In this document: in pieces, positions 1-8,367 of the stretch
How positions within the stretch are numbered: the first letter of the stretch is position 1
How the letters are laid out: the number at the start of each line of letters is the position of its first letter
From: a virus
Taxonomy: Duplodnaviria; Heunggongvirae; Uroviricota; Caudoviricetes
Virus record (IMG/VR): IMGVR_UViG_3300031999_000011
DNA length: 64,000 bases
Strand: one strand, 5' to 3'
Translations under genes and position numbers: made by a program
The notes under the pieces: generated by a model
What the model was told of the DNA's origin: nothing
The model's database searches: none
The model's input: only the letters and a program-made list of their open reading frames with translations

Positions 1-51
1 GGAGATGGAGCTTTTAGTATTTAATGTTACTACTTTGATAAGATTGGTGTT

Positions 52-366
52 ATGAATATTCAACAAGTATACGATGCAGCTATTGTTGACTCTAGAGTCA
101 CTGGAGTAGATATACCTGTTTGGATATTGAGCGATGACACTGTAGTTCCTGTTGTAGGTGTATCGAATGTTATAGATAATTTTACATTGCACAACGATAT
201 GTTTTTTATAGGTATTGAAGATCAACAAGTTTATGAAAATTGTAATATTGATACTCAACAATTAAATAAACTTAAAACCTGGATTACAACCAATAAAACT
301 GCATTATTAAACCATTGGTATAATAATCCATATATTTTCAACACATTGTCGAAATTATATTTATGA
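52..366 (+). CDS. hypothetical protein
   Basis: 104-aa ORF, co-oriented with neighbours; no motif recognised. Confidence 0.4.
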   Translation: MNIQQVYDAAIVDSRVTGVDIPVWILSDDTVVPVVGVSNVIDNFTLHNDMFFIGIEDQQVYENCNIDTQQLNKLKTWITTNKTALLNHWYNNPYIFNTLSKLYL

Positions 367-407
367 GGTTAGATGAGTTGCAATTATTATTTGGTTAAAT
401 GGTTTTA

Positions 408-463
408 TAAGTAGCTCAGCAGTAGAGCGGGAGTCGGTGGTTCGATTCTACTCTTACGAAAAC
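408..463 (+). pseudogene. degenerate tRNA-like remnant (D-arm tAGCTCAGcagTAGAGCg and GGTTCGATTC T-loop present, anticodon arm missing)
   Basis: Canonical D-arm and T-loop strings with only ~7 nt between them; cannot fold into a full cloverleaf. Confidence 0.25.
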
Positions 464-469
464 GAAGAA

Positions 470-506
470 CCCTATATTTGTTAGTCTAGATATGGGGTTT
501 TTTATT
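470..506 (+). terminator. rho-independent terminator
   Basis: CCCTATAT ... ATATGGGG stem followed by TTTTTTATT. Confidence 0.55.
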
Positions 507-530
507 GTATAGAAATAAAGTGAGGTTAAA

Positions 531-821
531 ATGTCAAAAACATACACACATACCATGATGAGAAAAATTAAAACAGCGATGGTAGAACGAAAACGAGTAT
601 TACATGGAGAAGATCCTAAAAATGGTAAATGTTCACTTGGATTTGGTACAATAGAAATGCAGGATCCTACTATGATGCAATTACTATATCAATGGCGTAT
701 GGGTCCAAATAGAAGTGGATATCAAAGAAAAACTGAAGCAAAAAGTAAAGTTCAAAATAGGCGAATTGATAAAGCTAAATCAAAAAAAGATTATCGTAAA
801 GAGTTAGGTATAGAATATTAG
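531..821 (+). CDS. hypothetical small basic (K/R-rich) protein
   Basis: 96-aa ORF, lysine/arginine-rich. Confidence 0.45.
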   Translation: MSKTYTHTMMRKIKTAMVERKRVLHGEDPKNGKCSLGFGTIEMQDPTMMQLLYQWRMGPNRSGYQRKTEAKSKVQNRRIDKAKSKKDYRKELGIEY

Positions 822-854
822 TATAAATATTAATTTAAAAATAAGGACATTTAT

Positions 855-1403
855 ATGAATATATGGGAAATATTTGATACAAGTATACAATTAACATGGC
901 AACAAAACGGACAATATGAATTAGCAGCTTTAAATTTTGAGAACATACCATATGTTTTACAAATATATAAAACACAATTAAGACAAATACCTGAATTGTT
1001 AGGTAAGAATACAGCTGAAGTTTCATTTTTTCGATCTGACTTAACTGATCAACAGAGTTTTTCAACCACATATGATGTTCCATCTCCTACTATGTTGTAT
1101 GGTGTTATAAGTAATGCACTTGCAGATAAATTTGCAAATTATGATGCATTTTACTTTTCAGCTGAAAAAGCTCACTCAAGTACGAAAGATGAATATGATG
1201 CAAAGGTTAGCATATATCAATATGCTGCAAGGAGAATGCTTAAACGATATGGAGCTAAGGACTATGTAAATATTAATAATAGAGGAACTGATTTTATAAT
1301 TTCAAAAATAGCAATTGTTAGTGATGCATATAAAAACCCTGTAAAAGAATATCTTGATCAATTAGATTGGAATACAGTTCCTAATATTAAATCAAAAAAG
1401 TAA
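855..1403 (+). CDS. hypothetical protein
   Basis: 182-aa ORF with SD-like AAGGA upstream. Confidence 0.5.
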   Translation: MNIWEIFDTSIQLTWQQNGQYELAALNFENIPYVLQIYKTQLRQIPELLGKNTAEVSFFRSDLTDQQSFSTTYDVPSPTMLYGVISNALADKFANYDAFYFSAEKAHSSTKDEYDAKVSIYQYAARRMLKRYGAKDYVNINNRGTDFIISKIAIVSDAYKNPVKEYLDQLDWNTVPNIKSKK

Positions 1404-1407
1404 TATA

Positions 1408-2121
1408 ATGCAAATATTAAAAGAAAAAATACAAGCTGCAAATAAAATTGTGATATTATCAGGAGCTGGATTATCAGCTCCCAGTGGGATTAAAACATTT
1501 CGTGATAATGGCGGGTTATGGAATACATATCAAGTGGAAGATGTTGCAACAACTCGTGCGTTTAAGACAAATCCAAAAATAGCATGGGAATTTTATGATC
1601 TACGTCGTTCTGAATTGCCCACCTTTCACCCAAATGAAGCACATATTCAAATTGGTTTATTGCAAAAATCTAAACCTGTAACATTATTAACTCAAAATGT
1701 TGATGATTTATTAGAACGGGCAGGTTGTTCTAATGTTATACATTTGCATGGAACATTATTAGATACAAAATGTGATGAATGTGATTATTTGATATTGAAT
1801 GACACTCAAAGTAGAAGTAATGATTATATATATCCGGAGTGTCGTCGTGGTACATTAAGACCTTGTGTAGTTTTATTTGGTGAATTATTATCATATGATG
1901 AATTTTATATTGCTGATGCTGCTATAAGTGCATTAACAAAAGACAATGTATTAATCGTAGTTGGTACAAGTTTAGAAGTACATCCAGTATGTAATTTCCC
2001 TAATAAAGCTTTAAGAAACGGTGCTATTGTCATAGAAATTAATAAAAAGGCTGTATTATTTGGAAATGATGTTTATCAAATTGAAATGGATTGTGCAGAA
2101 GCATTTCGATTATTATTTTAA
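1408..2121 (+). CDS. Sir2-family NAD-dependent protein deacylase (sirtuin)
   Basis: GAGLSAPSGIKTFRD...GLW N-terminal NAD-binding motif, TQNVDDL, HG catalytic His region, paired Cys (CDECD...CRRG) zinc ribbon, VVGTSL. Confidence 0.85.
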   Translation: MQILKEKIQAANKIVILSGAGLSAPSGIKTFRDNGGLWNTYQVEDVATTRAFKTNPKIAWEFYDLRRSELPTFHPNEAHIQIGLLQKSKPVTLLTQNVDDLLERAGCSNVIHLHGTLLDTKCDECDYLILNDTQSRSNDYIYPECRRGTLRPCVVLFGELLSYDEFYIADAAISALTKDNVLIVVGTSLEVHPVCNFPNKALRNGAIVIEINKKAVLFGNDVYQIEMDCAEAFRLLF

Positions 2122-2979
2122 ATGATAAATATCATAAAAGTAATTATTATGAAATTACATGATTTGCTACCTAAACAAAAGCCCTTCACATCAGCAGTTG
2201 TTAATTTATATTTAAAAGAATACGCGGTTGAGTTTGATATTAATACAATTATCTATGAAGGTGAGTATAAAACATACCCCCGTCAAGACTTAATAAAAAA
2301 AATAAAAAATGAATTGAAATTGACAGTATATCCAGATGAACATGATCCAAACAATATATTAGTACAATTTTTACCAAGATTTGTAAAAGTAATGCCAAAA
2401 TTATTACAACAAGTGCAGTTGTATGGTTGGTTTATTTCTGGAATTGAAACAGATACAGAACAAGAATATAAAGGATCTGATGAAGTAACAATTAACAATT
2501 TTTTACATTCAGGTTATAGAGAAGCTATAATAACACTTGAACCTAAATATAGTGATGAATTTAAAACTCCAAAATTGTTGTATCACGTAACTCCAATAAG
2601 TGTATGGGAAACAAAGATAAAACAATACGGGTTGTCACCAAAATCTAAATCAGTTCAATCATTTCATCTTGAACGAGTGTATGTAACTACAACAGCAGAT
2701 TTAGCAATTGAATTAATTAAACCACTCGCAAATGCTGGACTGAACAATGCATCTAATCAACATTATGATTCGGCAAAATTTAATCCTAAAGAATATTATA
2801 AAAAATGGGTAGTATTAGAAATTGATACTACTAAAATATCTAGTGTTGATGGATACTCTTATTTTAGAGTACATATTGATCACAACACTGATAGTTTTAA
2901 TCAGCATGTTAGTTTGTATACGCAAAATTATATTCCTCCTGTAGCTATTAGAATAATCAAAACCATCAATGCTTATTAA
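2122..2979 (+). CDS. hypothetical protein; weak resemblance to KptA/Tpt1 RNA 2'-phosphotransferase core (LYHVT...GL.P...R.YV)
   Basis: 285-aa ORF; the H-x-T...GLSP segment resembles the Tpt1 HGT...GL.PM motif, otherwise unrecognised. Confidence 0.5.
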   Translation: MINIIKVIIMKLHDLLPKQKPFTSAVVNLYLKEYAVEFDINTIIYEGEYKTYPRQDLIKKIKNELKLTVYPDEHDPNNILVQFLPRFVKVMPKLLQQVQLYGWFISGIETDTEQEYKGSDEVTINNFLHSGYREAIITLEPKYSDEFKTPKLLYHVTPISVWETKIKQYGLSPKSKSVQSFHLERVYVTTTADLAIELIKPLANAGLNNASNQHYDSAKFNPKEYYKKWVVLEIDTTKISSVDGYSYFRVHIDHNTDSFNQHVSLYTQNYIPPVAIRIIKTINAY

Positions 2980-2993
2980 TAATTGATTTTTAT

Positions 2994-3203
2994 ATGTTAA
3001 AAACACTAGGTGAAAAAATGAGAATGATTAACATTGAAGAAGGATTAGGAGACGATATTCATTGTAGTAAATGTAATGGATATATTGATACTGGATTAGA
3101 ATGTACAGAATGTGGTCACGACATGCGCCCAGAAATTTATCCGGAAGATTATGTGTTAAATGCGTTAGTCTACAAAATATCGTATAATACGCATATCAAT
3201 TAA
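2994..3203 (+). CDS. small zinc-ribbon protein
   Basis: CSKCNGY...CTECGH four-Cys arrangement. Confidence 0.45.
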   Translation: MLKTLGEKMRMINIEEGLGDDIHCSKCNGYIDTGLECTECGHDMRPEIYPEDYVLNALVYKISYNTHIN

Positions 3204-3208
3204 GTGAG

Positions 3209-4387
3209 GTGGACTGTATGGAAGTCTTTATCTGTGGTGGTGCTGTTCGTGACGTAATCATGGGTCACGAACCAAAAGACATTGATTTTGTGGTCGTAGG
3301 TTCAACTCCTGCAGAAATGATTGCAAATGGTTTTAAACAAGTAGGTGTAGATTTTCCTGTGTTTTTGCATCCTAAGACTGGTGAAGAGTGGGCACTCGCA
3401 AGAACAGAGAGGAAAATCTCAGTTGGTTATAACGGTTTTACATGTGAGACAACTGATGTCACGTTGATACAAGACTTGTCACGCAGAGATTTATCTTGCA
3501 ACTCAATGGCTGTTAGAATCGAAGATTGGGCAGAATTCAAAAACACTAAAAGTGCGCATTTGGTTATAGATCCATTTTGGGGTCAAGCTGATATACATTG
3601 TGGTATATTGATTCATACCAGCGAAGCTTTTTCAGAAGACCCAATTCGGGTACTTCGTGTATCTCGCTTCGCTGCGAGGTACAACTTTGCTGTTGCACCT
3701 GAAACAATGCAGTTGATGTCTGATATCGTACATGAACTTGATCATGTACCAACAGAACGAATCTGGATGGAGTTTGAAAAAGGCTTGATGGAAGATCATT
3801 CACATAGGATGATTGAGGTCTTGCATGAAGTTGGTGCATTTCACGTTAAAGTCATGCAACCATTTAATCGTGCTCCTGATATGTGGCAACGTCCAAGTAG
3901 ATCTGATGTTTTGAAAAAAGCTGTTCATATTAAACATTTGCCATCCAGATTTGCTTTGATTGGTACAGGGTTTACAAAAGATGAATTTAAAACACACCGT
4001 ATTCCAAATGACTGTGCTGATATAAGTTTAATTATTAACAAACACGTTGAACGTTTGGCATTTTTTCATGTTTTTAATAAAGCTCAAAGATTGAATATTA
4101 TAATGGAATTGAGGGCAATACAACGACCTGTTGCATTTTTAAATCAGGTGTTTGATGTAGTAGATATATTGTTTGATGTGGATTGTACCATACATCGTGA
4201 TAAATTTTTTCAAGATATTAAAGATATTTCAAGAGTTGATGCTGCAGTTGTTGCTGAAAAAGCTAAAAAAGCATTTAACCCAAATGATATTTGGAGCTTA
4301 GGTACAACAATACAGAATGCAATCTTTAATGCAAGATTGGACATGATGGATGTTGATAAGCGTAATTGGGTAGTATCTGGTCAGTAA
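3209..4387 (+). CDS. cca: tRNA nucleotidyltransferase (CCA-adding enzyme) / poly(A) polymerase family
   Basis: N-terminal FICGGAVRDVIMG...KDIDFVV (GGxVRD...DxD class II nucleotidyltransferase head), RRD, ~390 aa. Confidence 0.85.
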   Translation: MDCMEVFICGGAVRDVIMGHEPKDIDFVVVGSTPAEMIANGFKQVGVDFPVFLHPKTGEEWALARTERKISVGYNGFTCETTDVTLIQDLSRRDLSCNSMAVRIEDWAEFKNTKSAHLVIDPFWGQADIHCGILIHTSEAFSEDPIRVLRVSRFAARYNFAVAPETMQLMSDIVHELDHVPTERIWMEFEKGLMEDHSHRMIEVLHEVGAFHVKVMQPFNRAPDMWQRPSRSDVLKKAVHIKHLPSRFALIGTGFTKDEFKTHRIPNDCADISLIINKHVERLAFFHVFNKAQRLNIIMELRAIQRPVAFLNQVFDVVDILFDVDCTIHRDKFFQDIKDISRVDAAVVAEKAKKAFNPNDIWSLGTTIQNAIFNARLDMMDVDKRNWVVSGQ

Positions 4388-4436
4388 TATAAATATAAAC
4401 AATAAATGGATGTAAAACTTATAGGAGGTAATTAAT

Positions 4437-4511
4437 ATGAAATGGGAAACACCAAGTTATAAAGACTTACGATTCGGATTCGAAATAACAATGTATATAT
4501 ATCATCGATAA
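4437..4511 (+). CDS. PqqA-like 24-aa peptide (MKWETPSYKDLRFGFEITMYIYHR)
   Basis: Strong SD TAGGAGG 8 nt upstream; about half the residues match canonical PqqA [23 protein letters not shown], including W, P, DLR, G, the E-x3-Y pair, I and terminal R. Confidence 0.5.
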   Translation: MKWETPSYKDLRFGFEITMYIYHR

Positions 4512-4513
4512 TT

Positions 4514-4909
4514 GTGAAATATTTATTGATAATATTAGTATTATTATGTACTAGTTGTGCTGACTACCCATATTATGGAGGATACGGAGGTGGATATCCT
4601 TATTATTCAGGATACGGCGGATATCCATATTATCGATCATATGGTGGATACCCGTATTATCGATCATATGGTGGATACCCGTATTATCGATCATATGGTG
4701 GACACGGTGGTGGATACGGTGGATACAGAGGAGGCTACTACAGTGGATGGAGTGGAGTACATAGTGGTGGAGGGAGTGGAGGACACGGTGGTGGATGGAG
4801 TGGAGGACACGGTGGTGGATGGAGTGGAGGACACGGTGGTGGATGGAGTGGAGGACACGGTGGTGGATGGAGTGGAGGACACGGTGGTGGATGGAGTGGG
4901 CATCGTTAA
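4514..4909 (+). CDS. Gly/Tyr-rich secreted repeat lipoprotein (GGYPYY(R)SY and GGHGGGWSG repeats)
   Basis: GTG start 2 nt after the PqqA-like stop; signal peptide with LLCTSC lipobox; two nested 30-bp tandem repeat arrays. Confidence 0.6.
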   Translation: MKYLLIILVLLCTSCADYPYYGGYGGGYPYYSGYGGYPYYRSYGGYPYYRSYGGYPYYRSYGGHGGGYGGYRGGYYSGWSGVHSGGGSGGHGGGWSGGHGGGWSGGHGGGWSGGHGGGWSGGHGGGWSGHR

Positions 4910-4956
4910 ACACTTAATCTAAAAACGTAATATTTATCAAATTTTAAAAATAATTA

Positions 4957-5229
4957 TTGCAATTTTTAGAAAATATCTTTAATATAGAGTATCACTATTC
5001 ATATAGTGATGTTTTATATTTGGAGATATATGTTATGAATTATTCTGATGATGCCACGAAAGTGGATATGTCTTATCCAATTTCTGTAAATGATATAGAA
5101 GATATACACCATACAAGAATTGCAATAACTGCATATTATAAGGCGGAAAAACGAAACTTTACACCTGGTCATGAACTTAATGATTGGCTGATTGCTGAAA
5201 AAGAATGTGATGTGTTTAGATATATTTAA
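4957..5229 (+). CDS. DUF2934-like small protein (AYYKAEKRNF..G....DWLIAEKE motif)
   Basis: C-terminal motif nearly identical to the C-terminus of the hydroxylase at 46483..47430. Confidence 0.5.
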   Translation: MQFLENIFNIEYHYSYSDVLYLEIYVMNYSDDATKVDMSYPISVNDIEDIHHTRIAITAYYKAEKRNFTPGHELNDWLIAEKECDVFRYI

Positions 5230-5315
5230 TTCATTAAATATTATGCAGTTTGAGGAGGTGATGTATCACAATTATGATAAATACTCCTATAATGTGATAT
5301 ATAGATTATTGGAGA

Positions 5316-5645
5316 GTGGTTATGTCGTTGATTATTGTTGGTAGTCTAAAATGGAATGCATCTAAAGCACTTGACGTTGTTGGATATCGTGTATATTGGA
5401 CTGTTAGTGCTTTACCTTTAAATTATAGTTCGCGGTTTGTAGATGTTGGGAATGTAACAGAAGTTCATTTACCATTCGCAGGTATGCCACTTAATTGTTG
5501 TTATAAAATAGGAGTGGTATCAATTGATAGAACTGGTAATATATCTGATATATCAATTCCTGTTATTGTTTCATTAAGTCCGCATAAACGAAATATATGG
5601 GGTACACTTAAACGTATTCTTAAAAAGTTATCACACTGGTTCTAA
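5316..5645 (+). CDS. Ig/FN3-like domain protein (tandem paralog A)
   Basis: W.ASKALDVVGYRVYWT...VDVGNVTEVHLPF; paralogous to the next ORF. Confidence 0.55.
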   Translation: MVMSLIIVGSLKWNASKALDVVGYRVYWTVSALPLNYSSRFVDVGNVTEVHLPFAGMPLNCCYKIGVVSIDRTGNISDISIPVIVSLSPHKRNIWGTLKRILKKLSHWF

Positions 5646-5746
5646 CAATAAAAATTATTTAAAAATAATTTAACTTTATAAAAAATTTAATAAATACATA
5701 TATACAGTGATACACAAGTTATTGTATATTTTAATGGAGATCGCAT

Positions 5747-6058
5747 ATGGCATTAATTAAACCTGTAGGAAGTGTACAATGGGTTGCATCTATTGCACCT
5801 GATGTAATTGGTTATCGTGTGTTTTGGACAATTGATGGAACAGCACCTGATTATACAAGTCAATCTGTAGATGTTGGGAATGTAACAGGGGTTCAATTAC
5901 CATTCACTGGATTGGAAGCATTTGAAGGTATTCTTCAGGTTGGTGTCGCTGCAATTGACGCTGCTGGAAATGTATCTGATATAGCTGCACCAGTGAATAT
6001 ACCTTTGGACTCAATTGCACCAGATGCACCAACTGGTGTTGTATACGTTGCAGCATAG
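5747..6058 (+). CDS. Ig/FN3-like domain protein (tandem paralog B)
   Basis: WVASIAPDVIGYRVFWT...VDVGNVTGVQLPF; about 50% identity to the previous ORF. Confidence 0.55.
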   Translation: MALIKPVGSVQWVASIAPDVIGYRVFWTIDGTAPDYTSQSVDVGNVTGVQLPFTGLEAFEGILQVGVAAIDAAGNVSDIAAPVNIPLDSIAPDAPTGVVYVAA

Positions 6059-6109
6059 AGCAGTATATACTTAAGTATCACACCAAGAAATAACCACAAG
6101 TGTAATTAA

Positions 6110-6140
6110 AGGAGATGTATTGCTACATCTCCTTTTTATT
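6110..6140 (+). terminator. rho-independent terminator
   Basis: AGGAGATGTA-ttgc-TACATCTCCT perfect 10-bp stem followed by TTTTATT. Confidence 0.6.
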
Positions 6141-6171
6141 GTTCGTATTATATTGATGTATAATAAATAAT

Positions 6172-6528
6172 ATGATACAACCCAGGAATTATATTATGAA
6201 ATTAACACAAATAGCTGGCAAAAAAGTAGTAGCCGGTAATCCAAAAAATATAAGTTTTTGGGAAGCGATAAAAAATCTATATCCATTTGTTAAGAAACAT
6301 GAAGACCCTATCATATTATGGTTAGTTGATAATGATATCAACTTTACTACACCGTCTGCAGGCCGTTATAAGATCGCACATAATCCACTAGCTTGTAAAG
6401 TATTAACATTGTATTCAAAAAATGGTAAATTAGTTGTACAACCATTAAGCGGTAAACAAGAAGTTACTGTAAGTGATAAACCAAATGAGTTAATGAAAAC
6501 AATAAAAATTTATCGAGAAGTGAAGTAA
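6172..6528 (+). CDS. hypothetical protein
   Basis: 118-aa ORF. Confidence 0.5.
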   Translation: MIQPRNYIMKLTQIAGKKVVAGNPKNISFWEAIKNLYPFVKKHEDPIILWLVDNDINFTTPSAGRYKIAHNPLACKVLTLYSKNGKLVVQPLSGKQEVTVSDKPNELMKTIKIYREVK

Positions 6529-6586
6529 AACTTGATTTCTTTGTTAATTTAGTATATAATATTGATACACTGATAAGGAAAATGAT

Positions 6587-6877
6587 ATGAATAAGTTAAT
6601 ATTAATTGTATTATTATTATTTAGTACTAATGTTTTTGCAGAAGGGTTTTCGTTTGTTCCAAATGAACAGATTGTTACAAGTGGGTGGGTTGATGGTAAA
6701 TATCAAACCAAAACTACTATTATTGATTCAACAGGTAAACAAGCAACAACATCTGGATGGCAAAACAATAAGTATGTAACTGAAACCACAGTTATAGATA
6801 CTGATGGGAATGGTGCAACAACATCTGGATGGCAAAACGGTAAATATGTAACTAAAAGATCGACCTTTCAAAAATAA
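6587..6877 (+). CDS. secreted repeat protein (3x TSGWQN.KYVT.TTVID.DG)
   Basis: Signal peptide MNKLILIVLLLFSTNVFA; three ~18-aa repeats. Confidence 0.55.
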   Translation: MNKLILIVLLLFSTNVFAEGFSFVPNEQIVTSGWVDGKYQTKTTIIDSTGKQATTSGWQNNKYVTETTVIDTDGNGATTSGWQNGKYVTKRSTFQK

Positions 6878-7078
6878 TAAGGTAGGTGTATCATGAGTAC
6901 AAACGCAAGATGGTATTGGATAATATGCATTGTTGGGATAGTGATGTACGGTTTGTATAAAATGGAGGAATTGTATCTCAACCATATGGCTCAAATGCAA
7001 CACGTTTCTAGACAAGTTATAGAAAAATAATATGTTACATACTATATTTATAAATTTAATTGAATTGATAATATCATA

Positions 7079-7519
7079 TTGTTTAGTTATTATCCTATAT
7101 CGATGGGCACCATATTTATGATTAATAAAACAGGGTTTGCAGCAATTGTTGAATCAATACGTAATAATTCAAATACTTTACCTCGATATGGAAAGATTGC
7201 AGTATTAACCGATGAAATGAGTAAGTTAACTGTATCGATGCTTGTACAAGATGGTAAAACACCCATAACAGATAAAATGGAAACTCCAATGGGTAATGTT
7301 GCAGATATTATGCTAACATTATTTGATATTATACAAGATTGCTATCCAACTCTTAGTGGTGCAGAAATATACACCCAATTACAACATAAAATACATTGTA
7401 AATACGCTAAATGGTCATTACAGGTAGAACCAGTCGTTAATAATGATAATTCGGTTAAATCTAAGCAACGTCATTGGGCTGATGATACTATGTCAATTAG
7501 TATTATTAATACTTCTTAA
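7079..7519 (+). CDS. hypothetical protein
   Basis: 146-aa ORF (start uncertain; ATG at 7107/7128 also possible). Confidence 0.45.
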   Translation: MFSYYPISMGTIFMINKTGFAAIVESIRNNSNTLPRYGKIAVLTDEMSKLTVSMLVQDGKTPITDKMETPMGNVADIMLTLFDIIQDCYPTLSGAEIYTQLQHKIHCKYAKWSLQVEPVVNNDNSVKSKQRHWADDTMSISIINTS

Positions 7520-7576
7520 TTTGATTAAAATTATACTATATTATTAAATAAATATCTTTTTAATAAGGAGATATTT

Positions 7577-7711
7577 ATGTATAAATTAGGTATAGTAATA
7601 TTAGTAATATTGGGATATGTATGTTTGCAATATTTTGTAGAATCAGCAAAACCGTGTTCGCCTTTTAGTCGGGAATATGGAATATGTGGATCAGATATAC
7701 AAAAGAATTAA
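7577..7711 (+). CDS. small membrane peptide (44 aa)
   Basis: SD TAAGGAG upstream; hydrophobic core IVILVILGYVCL. Confidence 0.3.
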   Translation: MYKLGIVILVILGYVCLQYFVESAKPCSPFSREYGICGSDIQKN

Positions 7712-7914
7712 AAGAATTTTTTTAAAACTTTTTCAATTGCATAATGTAAATCCGATTCAAGATCCTCTACATCTTTTTCTGGTATAATAATGTCTTTAGG
7801 TAATTTCACTTTAGTGGTTACTTCATTATCATGTATTGTAGTTGAATATATTGCATTGGGAGTTAAGCAAGTATGATCTTTATCATATTTTTCAATTAAA
7901 TTTTTTAGTAACAT
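7708..7914 (-). CDS. hypothetical protein (minus strand)
   Basis: 68-aa ORF in a gap between + strand genes, not overlapping them. Confidence 0.35.
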   Translation of the reverse strand: MLLKNLIEKYDKDHTCLTPNAIYSTTIHDNEVTTKVKLPKDIIIPEKDVEDLESDLHYAIEKVLKKFF

Positions 7915-7992
7915 ATTATTATTCCGTTAATTATATATTATTTATGAGCTACTTTAGATTGTTAATAATAACAATAAGGGTAGTTCACTATT

Positions 7993-8367
7993 GTGGGGAG
8001 TTATATCGATATGAGTTATGATATTTATTTAAAGTATCCAGGTACTGATGATGCTTGTGTTTTAGAGGAACGTCATCAAATGAGAGGTGGTACATATCAA
8101 ATTGGTGGTACACCGAAAGCTGAATTTAATATTACCTGGAATTATGCAAAATTTTATTATGTATTATTTGGAGAATCTGGTATTCGTACACTTTATGGAA
8201 AAACTGGAGTGGAAAGTATTCCAATATTAGTAGATGCCATTAATCAATTAGGTGATGACGTTAGTGATAATTATTGGGATGCAACTGAAGGTAATGCAAA
8301 AAAAGCATTACAGTGTTTATTGGTGTTAGCTGAACAATGTCCTGATGGTATTTGGGATGGTGACTAG
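7993..8367 (+). CDS. hypothetical protein
   Basis: 124-aa ORF; small hairpin plus T-run just downstream (8375-8400). Confidence 0.5.
   Translation: MGSYIDMSYDIYLKYPGTDDACVLEERHQMRGGTYQIGGTPKAEFNITWNYAKFYYVLFGESGIRTLYGKTGVESIPILVDAINQLGDDVSDNYWDATEGNAKKALQCLLVLAEQCPDGIWDGD

Noticed and set aside
835-1083. Short minus-strand ORFs antisense to + strand genes (835..1083, 2283..2498, 2815..3006, 3564..3997, 6728..7015, 8790..9383, 10590..10847, 11963..12208, 12746..13183, 16571..17117, 17313..17537, 18059..18295, 26111..26296, 26683..26868, 28106..28327, 30835..31095, 34347..34697, 38860..39102, 41699..41887, 43886..44559, 45387..45599, 47682..47909, 50284..50469, 51073..51357, 52075..52305, 57714..57926, 58918..59103) and + strand internal-frame ORFs 13914..14111, 30285..30467, 41608..41844, 56002..56190, 57546..57824
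   Set aside because: Each is fully embedded in a longer, better-supported gene that has motifs or sensible gene spacing. The AT-rich sequence gives many chance ORFs. None has a plausible RBS or a recognisable motif.
4514-4909. Collagen-like protein
   Set aside because: The Gly-rich repeats are GGY/GGW/GGH units, not G-X-Y triplets with Pro. They are not collagen-like.
4551-4922. ORFs in alternative frames across the GY-repeat gene (4551..4913 -, 4557..4922 +, 4691..4903 -)
   Set aside because: These are artefacts of the 30-bp tandem repeats, which keep several frames open. Only the frame with a signal peptide, lipobox and GTG start directly after the upstream stop is coherent.
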